From Polyangiaceae bacterium (GTDB taxonomy: Bacteria; Myxococcota_A; Polyangia; Polyangiales; Polyangiaceae): a stretch of 64,000 bases of DNA. The first letter of the stretch is position 1; each line of letters begins with the position of its first letter. A program made the position numbers and the translations under genes. This document shows positions 1 to 8,900 of the stretch, piece after piece. Where the stretch lies: assembly GCA_044376115.1 (NCBI GenBank), contig JBILLK010000012.1, forward strand, positions 194,990 through 258,989, given 5' to 3'. The notes under the pieces are model-generated. The model searched no databases, was not told the origin of the DNA, and saw only the letters and a program-made list of their open reading frames with translations.

Positions 1-1
1 C

Positions 2-325
2 GCGCGCTGGGCTTTTACTAGTCTGACAACGAGTCTTTGGGGCGTTGCGGCCTTGCAGCTCCTACACGCTGGGAGCTTTGCGTTAACCTGGACGGTTGCC
101 AACACGATGCTCCCCAAGCTAGCGACGGATGGCCGCCTGGCTACTACGCAAGGAGCGGTCACAACCGCGGCAGCGATTGGCAGCGCCGCCGGCATGTTCG
201 TGTGGCCGCATCTCTATCGCGAACACGGGGCTACAGTCGTATTTGGAGGTGGGGCTTTGGCGGCGTTTGGCGCGACCGTTTGCTTTGCTCTATGGCGCCC
301 ACCGCCGGCGATTTTTAGCCATTAA
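2..325 (+). CDS. MFS transporter, C-terminal fragment (truncated by window start)
   Basis: Frame is open from base 2 (ARWAFTSL...LQLLHAGSFAL...); several hydrophobic helices; LQLLH motif typical of MFS_1-like permeases. Confidence 0.65.
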   Translation, partial: ARWAFTSLTTSLWGVAALQLLHAGSFALTWTVANTMLPKLATDGRLATTQGAVTTAAAIGSAAGMFVWPHLYREHGATVVFGGGALAAFGATVCFALWRPPPAIFSH

Positions 326-383
326 TCAGGAGCCAAGGTTCGACTGCAATGGGTTGCTGTCGATGCTCGGCTCCCGAGCCGCT

Positions 384-1553
384 TCAGGCTGGGATGGTCT
401 GACAGCCAACCTTTACCTTGATGGTTCCAGCATCGTCGTTCTGAACCTTGGTACACGCGGCGGGGCAGAGGATGATCAGCGTTGGGTCAGCCGGGTTATC
501 GTAATACCAACTCTCCCCATTACCGCAGGCAGCCTCGTTAGCGACATTGCCGAGTAGCTGCTCGTCGGTCGAACCACCGGGCGTAAACCCAACGTTGACC
601 AGCTGAGGATCGAGCGGCTGGCCATTGGTAGGCTCGGGAATACCAAACTCACAAGCGAGCTGCTCACCTTGGATAGCCTGCAACGCTGCAAGTAAATCTG
701 CCTGCGTATTGCCATTACCGACGACGAAGCTGGCCCCGCCACCGGCTTGGGCAATCGTCTGCAGGTCTCCAGTGTTGGAGCCCTGCAGACCAATCGTGTA
801 GGTGATGATGCCTTCTGCCAGACCGCCTGCAGCGATATTGGAGATCGCTCCAATTCCTTCTTGGCACCCGTTCGGCTCCCCATCCGTAACTAGAATTGCG
901 ACAGCCTTGTGGGTTGGGTTCTGCGCGACGTACTCCGAGCTGAATTGTAGCGCCCCCTCGAGCGCCGCAGAGATGGGCGTTGCACCGCTTGGGTCGATGA
1001 GGTTGATGGCGGAGACAAGCGCGTTCTCCTGGGTATCAGCCGGCGCGGGGTCAGCGGTCAACGGGCCAACAGGGACGTCTGGCGTGGCACAGGCGGCAAC
1101 GTTGCACGCGTTCTCGTCACAACCCTGCCGCGGAAAGAAGCGGAGCGCCACAAGGAGGTCGGCCGCCGCGGGGTCGGCGAAGAAGGACTTCAACGCCGTC
1201 GTGGCGTTGTTCCACTTGTTGTTGTCGCTCATCGAGCCCGACTTGTCGAAGGTGATGAACATCATCAGTGGAACACGCTCAGCGACCATCGAGTCGCCAG
1301 CGCATTCCTCCGCGCCACCACCACCGCCTACTCCCTCGAAGGAGCCAGTGCTACCGCCGGTACCGTTGCCATTCCCGTTACCGTTGCCGTTACCGTTGCC
1401 GTTACCGTTCCCATTTCCGTTGCCGCTTCCACTGCCACCGTCGTTGTTGTTCGCCGTCCCCGAGCTTAGGTCGGTGGCGGGTGTGCACGCCGGGCCGAGC
1501 GCCAACATTGCTGAGAAGGCGAAGACACTGGTGAAGCGACGACAGAGGCTCAT
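384..1553 (-). CDS. VWA-domain lipoprotein with Gly/Asn linker
   Basis: Signal peptide ending LGPAC; MIDAS DKSGS, ATP and VTDGEP; Cys-rich C-terminus; ATG at 1553 with GAGG upstream. Confidence 0.8.
   Translation of the reverse strand: MSLCRRFTSVFAFSAMLALGPACTPATDLSSGTANNNDGGSGSGNGNGNGNGNGNGNGNGNGNGTGGSTGSFEGVGGGGGAEECAGDSMVAERVPLMMFITFDKSGSMSDNNKWNNATTALKSFFADPAAADLLVALRFFPRQGCDENACNVAACATPDVPVGPLTADPAPADTQENALVSAINLIDPSGATPISAALEGALQFSSEYVAQNPTHKAVAILVTDGEPNGCQEGIGAISNIAAGGLAEGIITYTIGLQGSNTGDLQTIAQAGGGASFVVGNGNTQADLLAALQAIQGEQLACEFGIPEPTNGQPLDPQLVNVGFTPGGSTDEQLLGNVANEAACGNGESWYYDNPADPTLIILCPAACTKVQNDDAGTIKVKVGCQTIPA
1362..1424 (-). repeat. (Gly-Asn)x10 coding low-complexity repeat
   Basis: Hexamer-period repeat with varied Gly codons inside the VWA lipoprotein gene. 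Confidence 0.9.
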
Positions 1554-1679
1554 GGCCTCTACCTCAGCAAACACCCTGCCACACACAATGGCTGCTTTTT
1601 CTGCGAAGACCGTTCGTTCGCTGGGGTCACGGTGGATCCTGAACTGGATCCACCATTATCCACTTCAGCGGAGGCCAGG

Positions 1680-3359
1680 TCAGTCCTTAGCGACTTCCTT
1701 CGCCCAAGAATCGCGCAAGGTCACCGTGCGATTGACGATCAGCCCACCTCCGCTCGCGGGCTGCTCAATCACGTAGTAGCCCATACGCTCAAACTGCAGG
1801 CGAACTCCCTCAGCAACGCCACCGAGATGCGCTTCAGCCAAGCCCGTTAGCACCTCCAAAGACTTGGGGTTGAGGTTCTTCCGGTAGTCCTCTCCCTCCT
1901 CTACGGCGGCGGGATTGGGCGCGGCAAATAGCCGGTCGTAGTTCCGGACCTCGCAGGCAACGCCATGATCCCGCGCAACCCAGTGGATAACGCCCTTCAC
2001 TTTGCGCTGTTCCTTCGAGGGGTCGAGGCTATCGGGATCGAAGCTGCACTTGAGCCCAACAACCTCTCCCGCGTCGTTCTTCTCGACCTCGTCGCAGCGG
2101 ATGATTGGCCCATAACGAAGCCGCACCTCCTTGCCGGGTGCCAAGCGAAAGAACTTCTTCGCCGGTTCAAGCATGAAGTCGCTCTCCTCAATCACGAGCT
2201 CGCGAGCGAGAGCCATTTTGCGCGTCCCCATCTCGGTTTTCGTTGGGTGAAGTGGCGCTTCGATCCAACGCACCTCATCTGCAGGCCAGTTGGTAAGGGT
2301 GACTTTGAGCGGCTTCTGAACCACCAAGACACGGGCAGCCTGAGAATCCAGCGACTCGCGAATGCAATGATCGAGGAGCTCAATCTCAACCGACTGAGCA
2401 TTCTTCGCTACGCCAACGCGCTCACAAAGATCACGCAACGCCTCAGGTGGAACACCGCGGCGACGAAAGCCCGCCAGCGTGGGCATTCGCGGGTCGGACC
2501 AACCGCTGACCACCTTGGTCTCAACCAACTCCTTCAGCTTGCGTTTGCTGGTGAGTAGGTAGGTGACCTCGAGCCTCGCAAACTCGATCTGCTGCGGGCG
2601 TTCACCAAAGCCGAGCATCTCCAAACACCAATCGTAGAGCGGCCGATGGTCCTCGAACTCGAGCGTGCAGATGGAGTGGGTCGTGCCTTCAATGGCGTCC
2701 GAGAGCGCGTGCGCAAAGTCATACATCGGGTAGATCACCCAAGTCGTACCGGTGCGCGGATGCGGGTCGCGCTTGATGCGGTAGAGCACCGGGTCGCGGA
2801 GATTGAAGTTGGGGGAGGCCATATCGATCTTGGCGCGTAACGTGTGTGACCCGTCCGGGAACTCCCCTGCCCGCATGCGACGGAAGAGATCGAGATTTTC
2901 CTCCACGCTCCGTTCCCGATGAGGGCTGTTCACGCCTGGGGTACCAGGCACCCCACGAAGCTCGCGCATTTGGTCCGAGCTGAGGTCACAAACGAAGGCC
3001 TTGCCCAACGTGATGAGCTTCTCCGCGCCTTGATAAATCTGCTCGAAGTAATCGGAGGCGTAGCGAAGATTGGCCCCCCAGTCGAACCCCAGCCACTTCA
3101 CGTCCTCTTGGATCGAGCGGATAAAAATCTCCTCCTCGGTCGCGGGGTTCGTGTCGTCAAAGCGTAAGAAGCACGGTCCGTCGAAGTCGCGGCCCAGCCC
3201 GAAGTTGAGGCAAATGCTCTTGGCATGGCCAATGTGCAAAAACCCGTTGGGCTCCGGCGGAAACCGGGTCTGCACCCGCCCTCCGCGTTTCCCGTGTTGT
3301 CGATCCTCTTGGATGATCTGACGAATGAAGTCGCTCTTCTGCACCATCTCGCCGGACAT
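1680..3359 (-). CDS. glnS: Glutamine--tRNA ligase
   Basis: TRFPPEPNGFLHIGHAKSICLNFG, LRFDDTNP, YPMYDFAH, THSICTLEFEDHR, QFERMGYY; start uncertain (3347/3359/3461). Confidence 0.95.
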   Translation of the reverse strand: MSGEMVQKSDFIRQIIQEDRQHGKRGGRVQTRFPPEPNGFLHIGHAKSICLNFGLGRDFDGPCFLRFDDTNPATEEEIFIRSIQEDVKWLGFDWGANLRYASDYFEQIYQGAEKLITLGKAFVCDLSSDQMRELRGVPGTPGVNSPHRERSVEENLDLFRRMRAGEFPDGSHTLRAKIDMASPNFNLRDPVLYRIKRDPHPRTGTTWVIYPMYDFAHALSDAIEGTTHSICTLEFEDHRPLYDWCLEMLGFGERPQQIEFARLEVTYLLTSKRKLKELVETKVVSGWSDPRMPTLAGFRRRGVPPEALRDLCERVGVAKNAQSVEIELLDHCIRESLDSQAARVLVVQKPLKVTLTNWPADEVRWIEAPLHPTKTEMGTRKMALARELVIEESDFMLEPAKKFFRLAPGKEVRLRYGPIIRCDEVEKNDAGEVVGLKCSFDPDSLDPSKEQRKVKGVIHWVARDHGVACEVRNYDRLFAAPNPAAVEEGEDYRKNLNPKSLEVLTGLAEAHLGGVAEGVRLQFERMGYYVIEQPASGGGLIVNRTVTLRDSWAKEVAKD

Positions 3360-3504
3360 GACGCTGGGTCTACTCGTGGGCTGACGCGCCGCCAAGGCCT
3401 CTCGGTCCACCGGCGAGAGCCCGACCTTGGGAGCGCTGACTCCGCCGCTCGGGCCGCTCACTGGTCAGCTTTTGGCGCGAGTGGACGTCCTGCTCGATAT
3501 CCGC

Positions 3505-3532
3505 TTGACGCTCTTGCCGAAGCGAGTAGGGT
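3505..3532 (+). promoter_or_regulatory. Putative sigma70 promoter of tRNA-Ala
   Basis: TTGACG-16 nt-TAGGGT ending 13 nt before the tRNA. Confidence 0.5.
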
Positions 3533-3545
3533 CAGCGCCGTCTTT

Positions 3546-3618
<73 letters not shown>

Positions 3619-3648
3619 CCCACCGGGGACCCCAAATTCCCGGAGACA

Positions 3649-3685
3649 GCGGCTTCGAGCTTCGGCTCGAGGCCGTTTTGCTTTT
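3649..3685 (+). terminator. Intrinsic terminator after tRNA-Ala
   Basis: GCGGCTTCGAGC-TTCG-GCTCGAGGCCGT followed by TTTGCTTTT. Confidence 0.8.
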
Positions 3686-3715
3686 CGAATCGGTGCTGCT
3701 CGAATCGGGGAAGAA

Positions 3716-5599
3716 CTAGAACACATTGCGGAGGATGGTGCCGACGCCACTCGAACTAACTTCTCCGGAGGAAAGGCAAACCTCAACCGGAGCAAGTACC
3801 TGCCCGAACTGACAGGCGAGGTCACTCCCGTCACCGCCCACGTCCACCGAGAACGAGCCATCCGGCAGATAGGCCACGGCGGATTCCTTGCCTTGGGCGA
3901 ACACAGCGACCCGACGGTTCGACTTCGACATCACCGCCAAAGTGCCGCTGCTAGAGTCGACAAACACGCTCAGCCCACGCGCAGACAACTCCACCGTTTG
4001 CACGAGAGGAAGCTGAGGAAAGTTGGGCAGCGCAAAGCCAAGGCGCACCACATCGAGCGGGGATGTTCCCAGCTCCAGATCAAATCGGCTGAGCAGAGGG
4101 GACGAGTTCCCGAGTTCTCCAGGTACGCCATCGACTGGTTCTCCGTTCTGCGCCATCACGCGGATCCCATCAATAACGAGATGCCGCACATCATCGGAGA
4201 ACCAGATGGGGATAGGGGACTCGAGACCCTTGTTTGGTAGGTACTGGTTCCATAGTTGGCGGGCCGTTGCAGCCTCGTAAACCGCCACCGAAAGCTCGGT
4301 TCCCGTCGAGCTGGCGCGAGAAAGTATCGCAGCTACGAGTTTTCCGTCCGGGCTCACGGTCTCGAATCGTGCGTTCTCCGGGAGGCTCGTCGTGTTGCCG
4401 GCGACGACGCGTGTCCACCCCAACGGCGGCTGCGGTAGGTGCGCAATGACACCGAGCCCGTGGCTGGGATAGCAACGTTGTAGCGCGCCGGGCACGGACT
4501 TGAGTTTGGGAAACGGCTCACCTGGAGCGTCAACACAAAGCTGCTGCGCATCTTTCGTAAATAGCAAATTAACCAATTGCTTCGTTGGCAATACTTTAGT
4601 TACGGGCTGCTCTCGCCCCGAGGAAAAGCGCAACAAGTTAATGCCATCCCCTGGCTCCAGACTCGCTAACGCACCGCCATCCGGGCTGAGAACAGCGGAA
4701 ACAAGGCTGCGCGAATTAGGCACCAGTGCTCGGCTCACAACGGCGCTATCCGCGAGCGCGACCACGGATACCGCGAGCGAGTCTCCGGTTGAAGGCTCAG
4801 CCACGGCCACGCGCCCAGCACCTTCAGCGACAAAGTAGTCCCACGAGGCAGACTCGCGCTTGTCTGGTAAGTCCAACCGAGCGTACCTGCGCTTGGCCCC
4901 CTGCTCGGTTCGATGCATTAGATGCGTTGTTCCCTGCTGAGTGCGATACAGAACCGCCCCCAAAGCAGGCGACTCAAACTCCGCCGTTTTCGTTTGGGTA
5001 TCGATCAACAACGCCCGATTGAGCCCTCGGGCCAACACAAAGCGCTCCTCGCCCAGAGGCGCGGACAGCTTTGCGCTTGGCTCTGCCGTCAATTGAGTGG
5101 GCTCGTCCTTGAACAACGTTAGCGACCCCGCCTCGAAGGTTAGTACGGTATCCCCAACCGCCAAAACCTGCGGCGCGGCGATCCGTAACCCGGTACCAGC
5201 CCAACTCGCGACCTCAACCGGGTTGCCGTGCGGCAGGAGCCGAACTTCTTCGCGCCCGTGAAGGTTCCTGACGGAGGCGACGACCACCGGTCGACCAGCG
5301 CTGCCCGTCAACGCAGCTAGCGCTTGTTTGGCGCGGCGAAGGGTCTTTCGCTGAGCGTCGTCGCTTTCGTTACGAGCACGGCTGAGCAGCCGAACCACAA
5401 GGGCGAATGAATCCGGTACTGCCTCGTCGGGCCCAGCCGTAGCGGCCTTTTGCGCGCTCGCCTCGGGCTTGGGTTGCGGCTCAAACTCGAGCGCGGCTTC
5501 GGGAGCAGCAGCGCACGCCGTCAACGCGTAGAGCAGCGCCCACAAACCAAGCGAACCGTACGCGTGTGGAGCAGTGAAGGGCTCAAGCGAATTTCCCAT
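3716..5599 (-). CDS. Hypothetical exported/lipoprotein, probable beta-propeller (WD40-like)
   Basis: Long ORF; hydrophobic segment ending LTAC; repeated SPDGG/SPDGK/FSDD blade-like motifs; start uncertain. Confidence 0.55.
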   Translation of the reverse strand: MGNSLEPFTAPHAYGSLGLWALLYALTACAAAPEAALEFEPQPKPEASAQKAATAGPDEAVPDSFALVVRLLSRARNESDDAQRKTLRRAKQALAALTGSAGRPVVVASVRNLHGREEVRLLPHGNPVEVASWAGTGLRIAAPQVLAVGDTVLTFEAGSLTLFKDEPTQLTAEPSAKLSAPLGEERFVLARGLNRALLIDTQTKTAEFESPALGAVLYRTQQGTTHLMHRTEQGAKRRYARLDLPDKRESASWDYFVAEGAGRVAVAEPSTGDSLAVSVVALADSAVVSRALVPNSRSLVSAVLSPDGGALASLEPGDGINLLRFSSGREQPVTKVLPTKQLVNLLFTKDAQQLCVDAPGEPFPKLKSVPGALQRCYPSHGLGVIAHLPQPPLGWTRVVAGNTTSLPENARFETVSPDGKLVAAILSRASSTGTELSVAVYEAATARQLWNQYLPNKGLESPIPIWFSDDVRHLVIDGIRVMAQNGEPVDGVPGELGNSSPLLSRFDLELGTSPLDVVRLGFALPNFPQLPLVQTVELSARGLSVFVDSSSGTLAVMSKSNRRVAVFAQGKESAVAYLPDGSFSVDVGGDGSDLACQFGQVLAPVEVCLSSGEVSSSGVGTILRNVF

Positions 5600-5636
5600 C
5601 CGAGATCTTTTAGCCCGCAATGCTAGCCTTCGCTGG

Positions 5637-6362
5637 TTGAAGCTCACGCTCCGCCTCGCCTTTAGCCTGCTCATGGCCGTGCAATGTAGTCGGACCGAGG
5701 AGACCACATTGATGGCTTCTTCGAGAGTTGGGTCGGTGAGCTACGGGGCTTCGGCCGATTTGAAATTGGCGCATAGCTCGAGCTCGAGCGCTAACGCCAC
5801 GTCGACTCGCATCGATCCCCCGGCCCTCTCGCCCACGTTTGCGATGCGCGCGTGCGACGCTTGCTGCGCCAAAGATGATCGCGGGAACTGCTTGGCAGGT
5901 TGCAACATGAACGGGGCCGACGCGCCTGTGGCGACCCCCCGTGGCGAAGTGCCTTTGCGCCGCATACGGCTGGGCGACGAGGTGTTCACCTATGACCGTG
6001 GCCAGGTCGTCGTCACCAGAGTGCTTGCGACGGAGCGCCACGAAGCGCCGCCTATCGACTTCCTGCGGGTCGTTTTGCGCAACGGGGAATCCTTCCTCAC
6101 GCTGCCCCATCACCCCTTCCCGGACGGTGGCTGTACGGCTGAATTTGCGCAGTACCTAGGAGCGGGAATTGTGCTACCGCCGGCCTACTTTGGCATTGCC
6201 AAGCTCGAGTCAGCCGGTAGGGTGGAGGGCCGTGTTTACGAGATCCTGCCTGGCGGAGACACCGGCATTTATTGGGTAAAGGGCATCCCAATGGCTAGCG
6301 CCATCCGGCGCCCACCCATGTCGATCGAGGTCGACGTGGTGCCAGTGCCGGTCAATCCGTGA
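5637..6362 (+). CDS. Hint (Hedgehog/intein-like) domain protein, possible lipoprotein
   Basis: PVATPRGEVPLRRIRLGDEVFTYD, TLPHHPF and VYEILPGGDTGIYWVKG follow the Hint blocks; start uncertain (TTG at 5637 gives a signal-like N-terminus ending in Cys). Confidence 0.65.
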   Translation: MKLTLRLAFSLLMAVQCSRTEETTLMASSRVGSVSYGASADLKLAHSSSSSANATSTRIDPPALSPTFAMRACDACCAKDDRGNCLAGCNMNGADAPVATPRGEVPLRRIRLGDEVFTYDRGQVVVTRVLATERHEAPPIDFLRVVLRNGESFLTLPHHPFPDGGCTAEFAQYLGAGIVLPPAYFGIAKLESAGRVEGRVYEILPGGDTGIYWVKGIPMASAIRRPPMSIEVDVVPVPVNP

Positions 6363-6382
6363 GAACTGAGCGAGAGATCAGT

Positions 6383-6410
6383 TTGACAGACTCATGGATT
6401 GGACTATGGT
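6383..6410 (+). promoter_or_regulatory. Putative sigma70 promoter of the small-ORF/rpsT unit
   Basis: Perfect TTGACA-16 nt-TATGGT. Confidence 0.6.
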
Positions 6411-6420
6411 CCCGGCCCCC

Positions 6421-6588
6421 ATGGTTTCCGCCACGCAACAGAGTTCACGAATCCGCGCTCGCAAGGCGCGCAAGAACGGCACGAAGACTCGCCGTTTCAA
6501 CCGCACGAACGGTACACCGGCATTCCCGGTGCATCCCGAGGGCTACACGGCCTCGGCTGCCGATTCGAAGAAGCCCGAGTCAAAGTAA
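6421..6588 (+). CDS. Small basic hypothetical protein (55 aa)
   Basis: MVSATQQSSRIRARKARKNGTKTRRFNR...; 13 Lys/Arg versus 3 acidic residues; lies between a promoter and rpsT; GC-ending codons. Confidence 0.65.
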   Translation: MVSATQQSSRIRARKARKNGTKTRRFNRTNGTPAFPVHPEGYTASAADSKKPESK

Positions 6589-6610
6589 GAAGTAGGAGTA
6601 GGACACGGTC

Positions 6611-6871
6611 ATGGCCAATCACGCATCCGCCGAAAAGCGCAATCGTCAACGCATCACGCGCACTGAGCGCAACCGCACCACCAAGAGCGCTCTTCGCACG
6701 GTGTTGAAGAAGGCGCGCGCGGCTGTCGCCTCGGGCGCAGCAGACGCGCCGGACCTCGTTCGCGCCGCGCAATCCGAGCTCGACGTGGCAGCCAAGAAGG
6801 GCGTCATCCCGACGAACCGAGCTTCGCGAGTCAAGGGTCGCATCGCGTCCTTCGCCGACTCCAAGAAGTAG
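6611..6871 (+). CDS. rpsT: 30S ribosomal protein S20
   Basis: MANHASAEKRNRQ...LDVAAKKGVIPTNRASR; AGGAG RBS. Confidence 0.97.
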   Translation: MANHASAEKRNRQRITRTERNRTTKSALRTVLKKARAAVASGAADAPDLVRAAQSELDVAAKKGVIPTNRASRVKGRIASFADSKK

Positions 6872-6891
6872 TCCTACGAATTCAATGATTG

Positions 6892-6922
6892 CCTCCTCCG
6901 CCTGAAAGGCCGAGGAGGTTTT
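6892..6922 (+). terminator. Intrinsic terminator after rpsT
   Basis: CCTCCTC.GCC-TGAAA-GGC.GAGGAGG then TTTT. Confidence 0.7.
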
Positions 6923-7089
6923 CGTGTTTCGAACGCCATAGGCCGCCGTTGCCTGGCAATGCGCGCATGACCCTGACAGCTGTGCCCTAGCCACTGGCTC
7001 AGCACGGTCACTGAGAGCTGCTCAATCAGCGTATTTCCCTTAGACTCAGCTGTGCCCGCTTCTTGCTGAGGCCGCCTTCGGAGGATTTC

Positions 7090-8172
7090 ATGAGGTCACT
7101 GACTTGGTTGGGTTGTGCGTTTGCTGCAGTTGCTCTTTGGGGATGTCCAGCGCCTGAACCAACCGAGCCCGAGTTTCCGCCGCCTCCCGAGGGAGAGGGG
7201 ACCCAGTTTGGCACCGGACTTCAGGCCGTAGGTCCTGGGGAGGAAGTCCAGAACTGCTTCTTCTTCAAAGTGAAAGATCTGATCAAGGCCGCCGGTCTCG
7301 AGGACACCTCGACCTTCAACCTTCATCGCGTCCAGATCGACCAACGCGAGGGATCCCACCACATGAACATCTTCCGGGTGAGGACCATCACGCCGCACGA
7401 GCAAGGCGGGCTGGATCCAGCCAAGGGCCCCTACCTCGGGACGAACGGCTCTGGGGCCTGCTTCAAGAGTTCAAATTGGTCCGACTGGCCTCTCGTGGCC
7501 AATACGCAGGTCGATGGCACCCTTGATTGGGAGTTTCCCGACGGTGTCGCCAACAAGCTCGAGGCGGATGAATGGCTGATGCTGCAATCTCACTATGTGA
7601 ACGCGACCACCCAGAAGTCCCCCGACGACGGGGACGTTAAGGTCAATTTCTGGCACCTGCCGGACGCCAGGGTCGTGCATGAGATGGGCACTATTTTCGC
7701 GACCAAGCAATCCATTAGAATTTGCCAGGGGCTTCCCCAGCCTGAGTTCTCGGGCGGTTGCCAGATCAAGGGGGATGAGCCAGCGACCATCGTCGGAGCC
7801 AATGGCCACTTTCACAGCCGAGGCAAGGAGTTCCGCATGTACGAGTGGGATGGCGTGAGCTCCACCAAGCCTTCGGAGGATGCGCTCTTCTATCAATCGA
7901 ACGATTGGGCAGAGCCCAAGATGGCAATTGATAACCAGCTTGCGACCATCCAGCCCGGAGGAGGCGTCTTTTACACCTGCGACTTCCAGTGGACGGAACC
8001 TCCCGCGCCGCTGTCTTGTGAAGACCTGAACGCCTTCGATCAGACAAAGTACAAGACGCCTGAGGACGAGTTGGATTGCTGCTACACCTTTGGCCCCGTG
8101 GTTGACCGAAACGAGCACTGCAACGGGTTTATCTACTACTACCCCAAAACGTCCGACGTGTTCTGCAACTGA
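7090..8172 (+). CDS. Lipoprotein, copper type II (PHM/DBH-like) monooxygenase family
   Basis: Lipobox LWGC; SHHMN, LQSHYVN, GHFHSRG and NEHCNGFIYYYP motifs. Confidence 0.7.
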   Translation: MRSLTWLGCAFAAVALWGCPAPEPTEPEFPPPPEGEGTQFGTGLQAVGPGEEVQNCFFFKVKDLIKAAGLEDTSTFNLHRVQIDQREGSHHMNIFRVRTITPHEQGGLDPAKGPYLGTNGSGACFKSSNWSDWPLVANTQVDGTLDWEFPDGVANKLEADEWLMLQSHYVNATTQKSPDDGDVKVNFWHLPDARVVHEMGTIFATKQSIRICQGLPQPEFSGGCQIKGDEPATIVGANGHFHSRGKEFRMYEWDGVSSTKPSEDALFYQSNDWAEPKMAIDNQLATIQPGGGVFYTCDFQWTEPPAPLSCEDLNAFDQTKYKTPEDELDCCYTFGPVVDRNEHCNGFIYYYPKTSDVFCN

Positions 8173-8186
8173 GTAGAAAAGCAGCC

Positions 8187-8900
8187 ATGTGGTTCGTCGT
8201 GAGGTCGTTCGCCGCTATCGTTCTTGGCTCCCTGGGGCTCTCGGGTTGTGCTGACGACGCGACGAGTTCCAGCAGTGGCGGTGGTGGGAGTTCCTCAACT
8301 GGTCCAAGTTGCACGTTGCCGTTCGCAGGAGATGAAGGCCAAGAGCCAGTACTCGAGGCCTTCTTCCTGGACATCAGTGACTCTGATCAGCCCATCGTCG
8401 ACGGATCGGTATTGGACCTGATCGAGCCGCCGCAAGGAGGTCGCGTTGCCTTCGTTGGTGCGCGTGTTTTCAATATGTCGCCGTGCGGTGCCCAGCTGAC
8501 TGCCGAGATCAAAGATCCAGTCAGCGGGGCCGTACGCTTCGAGACTCGGAGTGTAGCGCTGGAGCCGGACGCCGACGGCTATTTGACTATCAAGGCCGGC
8601 CAGATAGCCGCGTACTCGAACGTCCCGTTGTGCTTCAACACCTGGTCGGATCAGTCGCTCTTTGATGGTGACTTCGAGCTTGAAGTGCGGGTCGAGTCGG
8701 AGGGCCGAATCGCAAAAGCCAATTTCAACATTACAATGCAGTGCACTGATAAGAGCCTCGCCGACAACACGAGCACACCGGAACCAGGCGCCGTGCTCAA
8801 CAACTGTCTCTGTACCTGTAAAGCAGACTATGTACTAGGCGAGCCTTGCGATAGCTCGATGGGCGGAAGCGGCGCTGGCGGCGCTGGAGGTGGGCTGTGA
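8187..8900 (+). CDS. Hypothetical lipoprotein
   Basis: Lipobox LSGC, Ser/Gly linker, PPQGG motif, Cys-rich end. Confidence 0.7.
   Translation: MWFVVRSFAAIVLGSLGLSGCADDATSSSSGGGGSSSTGPSCTLPFAGDEGQEPVLEAFFLDISDSDQPIVDGSVLDLIEPPQGGRVAFVGARVFNMSPCGAQLTAEIKDPVSGAVRFETRSVALEPDADGYLTIKAGQIAAYSNVPLCFNTWSDQSLFDGDFELEVRVESEGRIAKANFNITMQCTDKSLADNTSTPEPGAVLNNCLCTCKADYVLGEPCDSSMGGSGAGGAGGGL

Noticed and set aside
802..1776. Long antisense ORFs (also 20178-20834, 20430-21101, 53734-54822, 58954-59793 and similar)
   Set aside because: Shadow frames of well-supported genes, caused by high GC or by repeats
3619..6362. Possible island integrated at tRNA-Ala
   Set aside because: No integrase and no duplicated tRNA 3' end was found
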